This document shows, piece after piece, positions 37,535 through 45,703 of a stretch of DNA of 64,000 nucleotides (its first letter is position 1; every line of letters begins with the position of its first letter). A program made the position numbers and the translations under genes. This DNA is from Pseudomonadales bacterium (lineage in GTDB: Bacteria; Pseudomonadota; Gammaproteobacteria; Pseudomonadales; Azotimanducaceae). The notes under the pieces were generated by a model. The model was given only the letters and a program-made list of their open reading frames with translations. It was not told where the DNA came from and did not search any database. The stretch lies in NCBI GenBank assembly GCA_963693125.1, contig OY843767.1, positions 2,795,549 through 2,859,548 of the forward strand. The letters run 5' to 3'.

Positions 37535-38686
37535 ATGGCTGAAGCATACATTATCGACGCCCTTAGAACGCCAACCGGGAGACGAAAAGGCGGATTGTCT
37601 GAATTACATCCGGCAGACCTCGGCGGGCATGTTCTGAAAGAACTGGTCAACCGGAACGAAGTGCCGGGTGATGATTATGATGATGTCATCTTTGGCTGTG
37701 TCGATACCATCGGCCCTCTGGCCGGTGATATTGCGCGTACCTGCTGGCTTGCTGCGGGTTTACCGCTGCATGTGCCGGGTGTCACGATAGACAGGCAGTG
37801 TGGCTCTTCACAGCAGTCTGTTCATTTTGCCGCCCAGGCAGTGTTGAGTGGTACCGCCGATGTGGTTGTCGCCGGCGGCGTTCAGGTCATGTCGCAGATT
37901 CCAATATCTGCCGCGATGCTCGCCGGCCAGGATTATGGATTTGGCGATCCATTTACAGGCTCACCGGGATGGGTCAGGCGGTTTGGCGACGGCCTGGTGA
38001 CACAATTCAATTCGGCTGAAATGATTGCGGAGAAGTGGAATCTGACACGGGAAGATCTGGAGCGATTTGCGCTTGAATCGAATGAACGCGCGTTTCGAGC
38101 TATTGATGAAGGACGATTCGACCGGGAAATCACACCCATAGCAGGTGTCACGATGGATGAAACGCCAAGACGCGGAACCACGCTTGAAGCCATGGCGGAA
38201 CTACAGCCGCTTCAGGAAGGTGGCCGGATTACAGCCGCTGTTTCCAGTCAGACCTGTGATGCTGCGTCAGCCATGCTGATTTGTTCCGAGGATGCCGTGA
38301 ATCGATACAGTCTGAAGCCACGCGCACGTATCCACCATATCAGCGTATTGGCTGACGATCCGATATGGATGTTGACAGCGCCCATACCCGCAACGAAACG
38401 CGCTCTTTTGAAGACGGGGATGACAATGGATGACATTGATCTGGTGGAGATCAACGAGGCGTTTGCTCCTGTCGTGATGGCGTGGCTCGCTGACACCGGC
38501 TACGACCATGAAAAGACCAACGTCAACGGTGGTGCAATAGCATTGGGCCATCCGTTAGGTGCGACTGGCACCAAATTGATGACGACGCTGCTACACGAGT
38601 TGGAACGCACGGGCGGTCGTTGGGGACTACAGACCATGTGCGAAGGCGGTGGCCAGGCCAACGTCACGATTCTGGAGAGAGTATAG
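37535..38686 (+). CDS. fadA6: Thiolase (acetyl-CoA C-acyltransferase)
   Basis: 383-aa ORF with active-site DRQCGSSQQ, NGGAIALGHPLGATG and CEGGGQA. Confidence 0.75.
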   Translation: MAEAYIIDALRTPTGRRKGGLSELHPADLGGHVLKELVNRNEVPGDDYDDVIFGCVDTIGPLAGDIARTCWLAAGLPLHVPGVTIDRQCGSSQQSVHFAAQAVLSGTADVVVAGGVQVMSQIPISAAMLAGQDYGFGDPFTGSPGWVRRFGDGLVTQFNSAEMIAEKWNLTREDLERFALESNERAFRAIDEGRFDREITPIAGVTMDETPRRGTTLEAMAELQPLQEGGRITAAVSSQTCDAASAMLICSEDAVNRYSLKPRARIHHISVLADDPIWMLTAPIPATKRALLKTGMTMDDIDLVEINEAFAPVVMAWLADTGYDHEKTNVNGGAIALGHPLGATGTKLMTTLLHELERTGGRWGLQTMCEGGGQANVTILERV

Positions 38687-38689
38687 GCA

Positions 38690-39571
38690 ATGACGGACTT
38701 ATGTCGTGACCGAACAGTCATCGTGACCGGCGCCGGCGGCGGACTGGGTAGAAGTTATGCGCTGGCGCTGGGGGCGGCGGGCGCCAATGTGGTGGTCAAT
38801 GACATCAACAGGGAAACTGCGACAGCGACTGTTGATCAAATAGCCGGCGCAGGTGGTAGCGCTGAAATCAGCACGCTGGATATAACTGACCACAATGAAG
38901 CGGGCAGGATGGTTCAGAGCACAATAGATAGCTTTGGCGACATCCATGGTGTTGTTAACAATGCCGGTATATGTCGTGATCGGATGTTTGCGAGCCTGAA
39001 TCCCGAAGAATGGGATGCCGTTATATCGGTTCATATGAAAGGACATTACTGCCTTGCAAATCACGCTGCGAAACACTGGCGTGCCAAATCCAAAGAAGGT
39101 GAGCAGGTTACGGGCAGGATTATCAATACCAGTTCCGGTGCGGGTCTCCTGGGTTCAGTTGGACAATCGAACTACTCAGCGGCGAAGGGTGGCATATTGA
39201 CATTGACCCTGGTGCAGGCTGCCGAACTCAGGCGATATGGCGTAACGTCAAATGCGCTTGCACCGCAGGCACGTACGGCAATGACTGAAGATGTGTTTGC
39301 TGACATGATGAAAATCCCCGAAGACGGCAGTTTCGATCGGTACGATCCGGATAATGTCGCGCCCCTGGTTGTCTGGCTGGCCAGTGAAGCATCCCGGCAT
39401 GTGACGGGACAGTGTTTTGAGCTGTTTGGTGGGAAATTGTCGGTCGCGGAAGGCTGGCGCACCGGACCAACTGAAGATAAGGGTGAAAGATGGCAGGCGG
39501 ATGAAATAGGCGCAGCGATTGATCGTCTGATAACTGAAGCCCGTGAACCTCAGCCAGTATACGGGGCCTGA
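38690..39571 (+). CDS. SDR, MFE-2-type (3R)-hydroxyacyl-CoA dehydrogenase-like
   Basis: 293-aa ORF with VTGAGGGLGRSYALALGAAGANVVVND and YSAAKGG. Confidence 0.75.
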   Translation: MTDLCRDRTVIVTGAGGGLGRSYALALGAAGANVVVNDINRETATATVDQIAGAGGSAEISTLDITDHNEAGRMVQSTIDSFGDIHGVVNNAGICRDRMFASLNPEEWDAVISVHMKGHYCLANHAAKHWRAKSKEGEQVTGRIINTSSGAGLLGSVGQSNYSAAKGGILTLTLVQAAELRRYGVTSNALAPQARTAMTEDVFADMMKIPEDGSFDRYDPDNVAPLVVWLASEASRHVTGQCFELFGGKLSVAEGWRTGPTEDKGERWQADEIGAAIDRLITEAREPQPVYGA

Positions 39572-39575
39572 TAAA

Positions 39576-40361
39576 ATGAATCTTTCCAATCCTCCGGAAT
39601 ATGTTCCGGGCCATAATTTACTACAGGGTAAAAGGGTTATTGTCACTGCGGCGGCGGGAACCGGTATTGGCTTCGCTACCGCAAAAAAATGCGCTGAGGA
39701 AGGCGCCGACCTTGTTATTTCAGATATACACGAGAAGCGGCTGGCTGATGCGGCGACTCGTATTGCGGAAGAAACGGGAGTAACCCCGTGCGGGGTACTT
39801 TGTAATGTTGTCGACCAGGGCCAGGTTGATGCACTTTTCCGGGAAGCATCCGCACACTTTGGCGCACCGGATGTCCTGATCAATAACGCGGGCCTTGGGG
39901 GCACGGCTAACCTGATTGAGATGACGGACGATGAGTGGTCTGTCGTGCTGGACGTTAGTTTGAATGGCACCTTCAGGATGACACGGGCGGCGATGCAAAT
40001 CATGAAAACCTCAGGTGGTGGCGTCATCGTAAATAATGCCTCCGTACTTGGATGGCGGGCACAAAAAGGTCAGGCGCACTACGCAGCCGCAAAAGCCGGG
40101 GTGATGGCATTGACCAGGTGTGCGGGCCTTGAAGGTGCGGAATTTGGCGTTCGGGTTAATGCGGTCGCGCCCAGTCTGGCCATGCATCCTTTCCTTGCCA
40201 AAGTCACGACAGATGAGTTGCTCGCACAGCTTACCGCCAGGGAGGCTTATGGGCGTGCTGCGGAGGTGTGGGAGGTTGCCAACGTGATGGTGTTTCTTGC
40301 CTCCGGCTATTCGAGTTATATGACCGGCGAGACAGTGGCAGTCTCAAATCAACGCGCCTAA
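39576..40361 (+). CDS. SDR family oxidoreductase
   Basis: Start re-picked at the ATG at 39576. VTAAAGTGIGFA and YAAAKAGV present. Confidence 0.8.
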   Translation: MNLSNPPEYVPGHNLLQGKRVIVTAAAGTGIGFATAKKCAEEGADLVISDIHEKRLADAATRIAEETGVTPCGVLCNVVDQGQVDALFREASAHFGAPDVLINNAGLGGTANLIEMTDDEWSVVLDVSLNGTFRMTRAAMQIMKTSGGGVIVNNASVLGWRAQKGQAHYAAAKAGVMALTRCAGLEGAEFGVRVNAVAPSLAMHPFLAKVTTDELLAQLTAREAYGRAAEVWEVANVMVFLASGYSSYMTGETVAVSNQRA

Positions 40362-40370
40362 GGGAGTGTC

Positions 40371-40829
40371 GTGATGGGTTTGATAGTCCCTTATTCTGAA
40401 TTAAGCAACCACGCGGGTGCGGACCTGGGTGCAACCGCCTGGATGGAAATATCGCAACATCGAATAGATGGTTTTGCCGATGCAACCGATGACCACCAGT
40501 GGATTCACGTAGACCCGGAAAAAGCAGCCGGCGGCCCTTTTGGAAAAACAATTGCCCACGGTTATCTCACCCTGGCGCTGGTAAACAAGTTCATGCCTGA
40601 TTTGCTAACGGTGACGGAAACATCCATGGGGATCAATTACGGTTGTGAGCATGTACGCTTTCCCTCGCCAGTGACGGTTGATTCCAGGGTGAGAGGAAGA
40701 GGAGAACTAACCGCTGTCGAACCGGTTACCCATGGTCTCCAGGTTGTTGTAAAGGTAACTGTCGAGATTGAAAACAATAATCGACCGGCGTGTGTCGTGG
40801 ATACTATCAGTCGATTTTATCCGAAGTGA
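40371..40829 (+). CDS. MaoC-like (R)-specific enoyl-CoA hydratase
   Basis: 152-aa ORF with the hot-dog fold motif DDHQWIHVDPEKAAGGPFGKTIAHG. Confidence 0.8.
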   Translation: MMGLIVPYSELSNHAGADLGATAWMEISQHRIDGFADATDDHQWIHVDPEKAAGGPFGKTIAHGYLTLALVNKFMPDLLTVTETSMGINYGCEHVRFPSPVTVDSRVRGRGELTAVEPVTHGLQVVVKVTVEIENNNRPACVVDTISRFYPK

Positions 40830-40875
40830 GTGAGCGGGGCGGTGAAAGTTACCAGCGAGCTGTTGGAGGCGTGAT

Positions 40876-41769
40876 ATGAAAATCGGTGTGGTTTTCCCTC
40901 ATCAGGAAATAGGTTCAGACCCTGTCCTGATACGAGATTGGGCACAGGCCGCTGAGGCACTTGGGTACTCACACATCGTTGCCTATGACCATGTGCTGGG
41001 TGCGGTCCACAGTGATCGGGAGCCTCCCCTGAAGGGTCCCTACGATGAAAACGACGATTTTCATGAACCCGTTGTTCTGTTTGCCTGGTTAGCGGGACAA
41101 ACGACAACTATCGGGTTTGCGACGGGCATCCTGATTTTACCGCAACGTCAAACGGCATTGGTGGCAAAGCAGGTTGCCGAGCTTGATATCCTGTCTGGCG
41201 GTCGAATGCGGCTGGGTGTGGGTACCGGTTGGAATTTCGTTGAATACGATTCGCTCAATGAGAACTTTGATGATCGTGGCGCGCGAATGACAGAGCAGGT
41301 CAATTTGCTTCGAACGCTCTGGCAAGAGCCTGTGATTGAGTTTAACGGCGACTTTCATCAGATTCAGCGGGCGGGGATCAAACCCCTGCCGACCGGAAAG
41401 ATTCCCATCTGGTTCGGTGGTTTTACGGATGTTGCCTTTCGCCGGGCCGCGATACTCGGGGACGGCTTTATACTTGGAGGCAGTCAAAAACACAATCTTG
41501 CGGCGAGCAATCGCCTGCGGGAACTGGTCAGCGCTGCGAACCGGGATTGGCACGAATTCGGGATCGAAGCCTTCCTGAATTATCAGGACGGCGAGGAAAA
41601 ATGGCGGTTATACGCAGAGCAATGGCAGGGTAATCAGGCGACCTACATCTCAATGCGCGCCACAGGATTGCAGGGAGTCGGCCCCGGGTTGTCATCACCC
41701 GCTGAACACATATCAGCGTTGACGAGGTTCTGGAATTGCGTCGGTGAACTATCAGAGACATCACAATGA
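40876..41769 (+). CDS. Luciferase-like monooxygenase (LLM) family oxidoreductase
   Basis: 297-aa ORF. MKIGVVFPH...GYSHIVAYDHV and GRMRLGVGTGW are typical of the LLM class. Confidence 0.7.
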   Translation: MKIGVVFPHQEIGSDPVLIRDWAQAAEALGYSHIVAYDHVLGAVHSDREPPLKGPYDENDDFHEPVVLFAWLAGQTTTIGFATGILILPQRQTALVAKQVAELDILSGGRMRLGVGTGWNFVEYDSLNENFDDRGARMTEQVNLLRTLWQEPVIEFNGDFHQIQRAGIKPLPTGKIPIWFGGFTDVAFRRAAILGDGFILGGSQKHNLAASNRLRELVSAANRDWHEFGIEAFLNYQDGEEKWRLYAEQWQGNQATYISMRATGLQGVGPGLSSPAEHISALTRFWNCVGELSETSQ

Positions 41770-41798
41770 ACCGGTGGACCAAGGTTTTTGCAGTCACC

Positions 41799-41868
41799 CT
41801 CTGAGTAATGTCTTTTTCCGCGATAACTGCGTTGGACCCGTCCGCCCTTTATTCAGAGCTTCCCTAAA
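41799..41868 (+). repeat. Short palindromic repeat element, internally deleted copy (10-bp stem 41799-41808 / 41849-41858)
   Basis: The 43-nt block 41801-41843 matches the reverse complement of 52221-52263 at 40/43 positions. The right arm ttattcagagcttccctaaa overlaps the aldolase stop codon. Confidence 0.8.
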
Positions 41869-42514
41869 TAAAAGAACCATAGCTGACTTTTTCAACGCGA
41901 TCGAAGAACTCATCCCATTCATCGTCGGTCAGCAAACAGGGTTTACCCAACTGGCATGTCAACAGGTACTGGCGACACATGATTTCCAGGCGGTGTGCCA
42001 GGGAGACGGCAGCTCCCGGAGTGCGACCGTGACAGATCATACCGTGACTACCCAGCAGGCAGGCTGATCTCTTTTGTAGCGCTACGGCGGCGTCTGCTGC
42101 CAGTTGTTCTGTTCCAAACGTGGAGTAGGGGATACAGGGCACGTCGGAACCGCCGAATGTGCCTACCAGATAATGAAAACCCGGCAGGGGTTTGCCCTGA
42201 CAGGAAAGAGCAACGCAATGATCGGAGTGTGTATGCACGACCGCCTGCGCCCCGGTGCTCTGGTAGACAGCCGCATGCATCCGCCATTCGCTGGAAGGTT
42301 TGCGTTTACCCTGCCAGTCACCGTCCAAAGACATGGCTACAATGGTTTCCGGCGTGATGTTGTCAGCGGTGGCACCCGAAGCTGAAATCAGCATCCCATC
42401 CCCGAATCGGCAACTCATGTTTCCCGAGGCAAGCTCATTAAGCCCGATGGACTCAAGGTGCCTGTATTGTTTCGTTAACTCTTCACGTAGTGCCCGCTCG
42501 TCGATTTCACTCAA
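41864..42514 (-). CDS. Class II aldolase/adducin-domain protein
   Basis: 216-aa ORF with ASGNMSCR and VVHTHS, as in FucA/AraD-like enzymes. Confidence 0.8.
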   Translation of the reverse strand: MSEIDERALREELTKQYRHLESIGLNELASGNMSCRFGDGMLISASGATADNITPETIVAMSLDGDWQGKRKPSSEWRMHAAVYQSTGAQAVVHTHSDHCVALSCQGKPLPGFHYLVGTFGGSDVPCIPYSTFGTEQLAADAAVALQKRSACLLGSHGMICHGRTPGAAVSLAHRLEIMCRQYLLTCQLGKPCLLTDDEWDEFFDRVEKVSYGSFI

Positions 42515-42650
42515 GGTCGGCCTCCTGCTATGTCTGCCTGACGCACCTGCTTTTAATACGAAGGATACAGGTTCCGGATCAGGGAAACATTGATGACAGT
42601 ATTCGCCACCCGATTTGAACCCGGAGCAGTTTGCTCATCGGGTTATTTTG

Positions 42651-44210
42651 TCAAATGATTGCCTCGATCAGATGGGGACCCTTGTTAGCCATACAGTAGG
42701 CAAAATGATTGTTGAACTCCTCAGCCGTGGTCGAGCACATGGCTTCGACACCCATGCCCTGAGCGAGCCTGCAGAAATCAATATCCGGATTGGAAAGATC
42801 GAACATCGAGAGCGCTTTTGGTCCGGCATGGTTTGCCGCCCCCACGTTATGCAGTTCCATGTTAAGGATGTTGTAGGTGCGGTTGTTCCAAATCACCGTT
42901 GTCACGTCGAGTTGCTCGCGCGCAATCGACCAGAGTCCCTGGATGGTATACATGCCGGCGCCGTCCGCCTGTAAATTGACCACTTTACGGTCAGGGCAGG
43001 CCACGGCGGCGCCAAGAGCCATAGGAATGCCGATACCAATGGCGCCGCCCGTGAGAGCGAGCCAGTCATGTTTGGGTGCGTTGGCTGTCATCAGGTATGA
43101 GGCGAGGCCCGAGGTCGTGGATTCGTCGGCAATAATGGCGTTTTCCGGCAGCATCGCAGCGATGGCGTGTCCGGCGCTACGAGGTGAAAGCTCGCCGGTC
43201 TGGAGTTCCGGACAAATCAGTTTGTTACGCGGGTCCTGCGCCAGTTTATCAATGGGAGGTGCGCCCACCTCATCCGCAAGTGCTTCCAGTGCGCCGACCT
43301 GATCGTCAGCCGGGGTTGTCAACTTGAAGGGTTCAACGCCGGCAGGCGTGCAGTCTGACTGCTTGCCCGGATAGGCGAAAAAGGTGACAGGTCTGTCCTG
43401 TCCGATGAGGATGAGTTCGTCACATCCGTCGAGTGCCGCGTAAATCTGATCGGGAAAGTAGGGCAGCTTCGGGATTTCAACCCGGCCCGCACCGCGTTCA
43501 GCCCGCGGATAAAAGGTTGAGAGATGGATAGTTGCGCCGGTTTTTTCACGTATACGGGCCAGCGCTTCAAGGCCCCTTTCCCGGATGGCTGTGCCGTTGA
43601 CCAGCATGACGGCGCGCCTGGCTTTTTCCAGGCGTTTTGCCGTATCGGTGATCCTGTCTGAGGGAACAGGGCGGGGCCCCGAGACCGCCACCTGTTCACC
43701 GACCCTGCCGCCGTCGTCCCAGGCTGTGTTTGCGGGTAGCAGCAGGGTGGCAATACCGGGCACATCAGATTGCGCTGCCGCAATGGCATCGGCCGCATCG
43801 GCGCCAACGTCTGCGGCGCTTTCGCTGACCCGCATCCACTTTGAGAAGGGTTCGGCGTAGCCTTCAATATGGGAGGTGAGCGGCGCCTCATACTTTCGGT
43901 GATGGGTGGCGTGTTCGCCCACGATATTGACCATCGGGGTGAAGGCTTTCTGAGCATTGTGCAGGTTGGCAATCGCGTTACCCATACCCGGCCCGAGATG
44001 AAACAGCGTCGAAGCGGGTTTGTTAGTCATGCGAGCATAGCCGTCTGCCGCCCCTGAGGCGACGCCTTCAAACAGGCAAAGGACACCGCGCATTTCAGGT
44101 ACGCTGTCGAGTGCCGCCACAAAATGCATCTCGGAGGTCCCGGGGTTGGAAAAACATACATCGACGCCTGATTTAACCAGGCTGGCAATAAGACTCTGTG
44201 CTCCATTCAT
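42651..44210 (-). CDS. Thiamine-diphosphate-dependent enzyme (acetolactate synthase / benzoylformate decarboxylase family)
   Basis: 519-aa ORF with VCFSNPGTSEMHF, and GIGIPMALGAA...LQADGAGMY as the ThDP-binding motif region. Confidence 0.8.
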   Translation of the reverse strand: MNGAQSLIASLVKSGVDVCFSNPGTSEMHFVAALDSVPEMRGVLCLFEGVASGAADGYARMTNKPASTLFHLGPGMGNAIANLHNAQKAFTPMVNIVGEHATHHRKYEAPLTSHIEGYAEPFSKWMRVSESAADVGADAADAIAAAQSDVPGIATLLLPANTAWDDGGRVGEQVAVSGPRPVPSDRITDTAKRLEKARRAVMLVNGTAIRERGLEALARIREKTGATIHLSTFYPRAERGAGRVEIPKLPYFPDQIYAALDGCDELILIGQDRPVTFFAYPGKQSDCTPAGVEPFKLTTPADDQVGALEALADEVGAPPIDKLAQDPRNKLICPELQTGELSPRSAGHAIAAMLPENAIIADESTTSGLASYLMTANAPKHDWLALTGGAIGIGIPMALGAAVACPDRKVVNLQADGAGMYTIQGLWSIAREQLDVTTVIWNNRTYNILNMELHNVGAANHAGPKALSMFDLSNPDIDFCRLAQGMGVEAMCSTTAEEFNNHFAYCMANKGPHLIEAII

Positions 44211-45646
44211 GACTGACCTCTCTCGTTTTGACTGTTTGCTCTTTTCAAAAGATTGTCCTGTATTTCCCGGTGATAGTTCCGGTCGATACGATACCCGGCG
44301 TAGAGCAGACCGGCGAGAATACCCCAGACCATCGCGAACGGGCCGTCGATGACACCCAGCGCGTAAATTTTGTCCGGATGAATGCTCGCGGCTGCAACCC
44401 CTTGTGGGAACTCGATGATGTCGAGCGCAACGCCCGCAACAACGTGACCAATGCCGTTGGTGACTTTTGCAAAGAAGGTTCTTGCAGAATAAAAAATGCC
44501 TTCCTGGCGTCTGCCGGTTTTGAGTTCGTGTTCATCGGCAATGTCTGCCAGGGCAGACATCACGCTGATATTCAGCACGGAACCACAGGCGGAAGCGATG
44601 GTGCCGAATCCGATAACAAAAGCGACAAGGGTCCAGGTTGTGTTCTCAGGCGCGAGATCGAACAGGCGCAGTGTCACGGCGCTTGACCAGGCAATGCTAA
44701 GACCTATGGAAGCCCAGACAATGGCCCAGCGTTTTTCAATGTGCTGGTGAATCCTTGCCGTAACGGCAAAACCAATGGCGTATCCAAAGACATTGGACAG
44801 AATCAGCCAGCCGATTTGTCGATCCGTAAATTCCCAGTAAAACGTATACATATAGAGATTGAGGGTCTCGTGGGTACCGATTGTTATTGAGAGGGAAAAC
44901 AGGCCGAGTAAGAGGTATAGATAGTTGCGATTCTGCATGGCGCCGTACATTTCCCGGAAAAGCTGCCTCAGGCTGAAAGGTGGCAGATCGGAGGGCACCT
45001 TTTTCATGCGTGAAATCTGGCCGCGGGTCATAAAAGCCGAACCAAGCATGCATGTGATGATCAGACTGGCGCAGAAAATGACAACGGGATTGTAGGCGCT
45101 TTCAGTCATCCGGCCATTGTCGAAAGATGGGAAGATAGCGAACCACACGACAACATGCATGACGATGACACCAACGTAGGTGAATATGTTGTTGTAGCTC
45201 ATGATGCGGGTTCGTTCGATGTAGTCATCGGTCAGTTCCGCACCCATTGCCAGATGTGGTACTGCGAACAGTGTTGAACAGATGCGCATTAGCACCGTGC
45301 AGCCAGCGAACCAGACAAACAGAGTGAGTCCCTCAAATCCCGGTGGTGGATTGAAAATCAGGTAAATGGCCACGACCAGAGGAAGGGGCGCGGCATACAT
45401 GAACGGGTGACGCCGCCCCAGTTTTGAACGCCAGCGATCAGATATGGACCCCATCAGTGGGTCGGTAATGGCGTCTGAGGCGATACCGATTGTTACGGCG
45501 GCGGCGGTCAGGGTTCCCGATAAGCCGAGGATTTGATTGTAGTAAAAGAAGATGAGCGCATTAAAGATCCAGTTGGTCGCCGCTTCACCGGTGGCACCAA
45601 TACCAAAGGCAAGTTTTATCGGCATGGAAACCGGAGGTCTGCTCAT
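44207..45646 (-). CDS. MFS transporter, glycoside-pentoside-hexuronide (GPH) symporter-like
   Basis: Start re-picked at MSRPPVSMPIKLAFG, giving 479 aa and ~12 TM spans. DRWRSKLGRRHPF is a GPH-type loop. Confidence 0.75.
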   Translation of the reverse strand: MSRPPVSMPIKLAFGIGATGEAATNWIFNALIFFYYNQILGLSGTLTAAAVTIGIASDAITDPLMGSISDRWRSKLGRRHPFMYAAPLPLVVAIYLIFNPPPGFEGLTLFVWFAGCTVLMRICSTLFAVPHLAMGAELTDDYIERTRIMSYNNIFTYVGVIVMHVVVWFAIFPSFDNGRMTESAYNPVVIFCASLIITCMLGSAFMTRGQISRMKKVPSDLPPFSLRQLFREMYGAMQNRNYLYLLLGLFSLSITIGTHETLNLYMYTFYWEFTDRQIGWLILSNVFGYAIGFAVTARIHQHIEKRWAIVWASIGLSIAWSSAVTLRLFDLAPENTTWTLVAFVIGFGTIASACGSVLNISVMSALADIADEHELKTGRRQEGIFYSARTFFAKVTNGIGHVVAGVALDIIEFPQGVAAASIHPDKIYALGVIDGPFAMVWGILAGLLYAGYRIDRNYHREIQDNLLKRANSQNERGQS

Positions 45647-45684
45647 TTGATTTCTTCCAGGAACCCTGTGATGTCCGGTTTCAT

Positions 45685-45703
45685 CCAGAGTTTCCTTAGG
45701 GTC
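45685..45703 (+). repeat. Solo arm (degenerate) of the same repeat family
   Basis: ccagagtttccttagggtc overlaps the carboxyltransferase stop codon (45696-45698). Confidence 0.6.

Noticed and set aside
39248-40027. A 259-aa antisense ORF across two SDR genes. Similar long antisense or alternative-frame ORFs occur at 43319-43972, 57804-58367, 54659-55222, 33917-34468, 32735-33241 and 61694-62206.
   Set aside because: Each overlaps a gene with strong family motifs. Their products are Arg/Pro/Ser-rich, which is typical of GC-rich shadow frames.
42578-42600. tcagggaaacattgatgacag resembles the repeat arm, as do gaactgtttccctcc at ~18763-18777 and aaggagtttcccgtg at 47317-47331.
   Set aside because: Only the SD-like GGAAAC/GTTTCC core matches. 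At 47317 it is most simply the ribosome-binding site of the phosphatase gene.
45643-45684. A 13-codon ORF (MKPDITGFLEEIK) bridges the carboxyltransferase stop and the MFS start with an ATGA overlap.
   Set aside because: It is too short to distinguish from chance. Its SD-like sequence is part of the repeat arm. It would need ribosome profiling.
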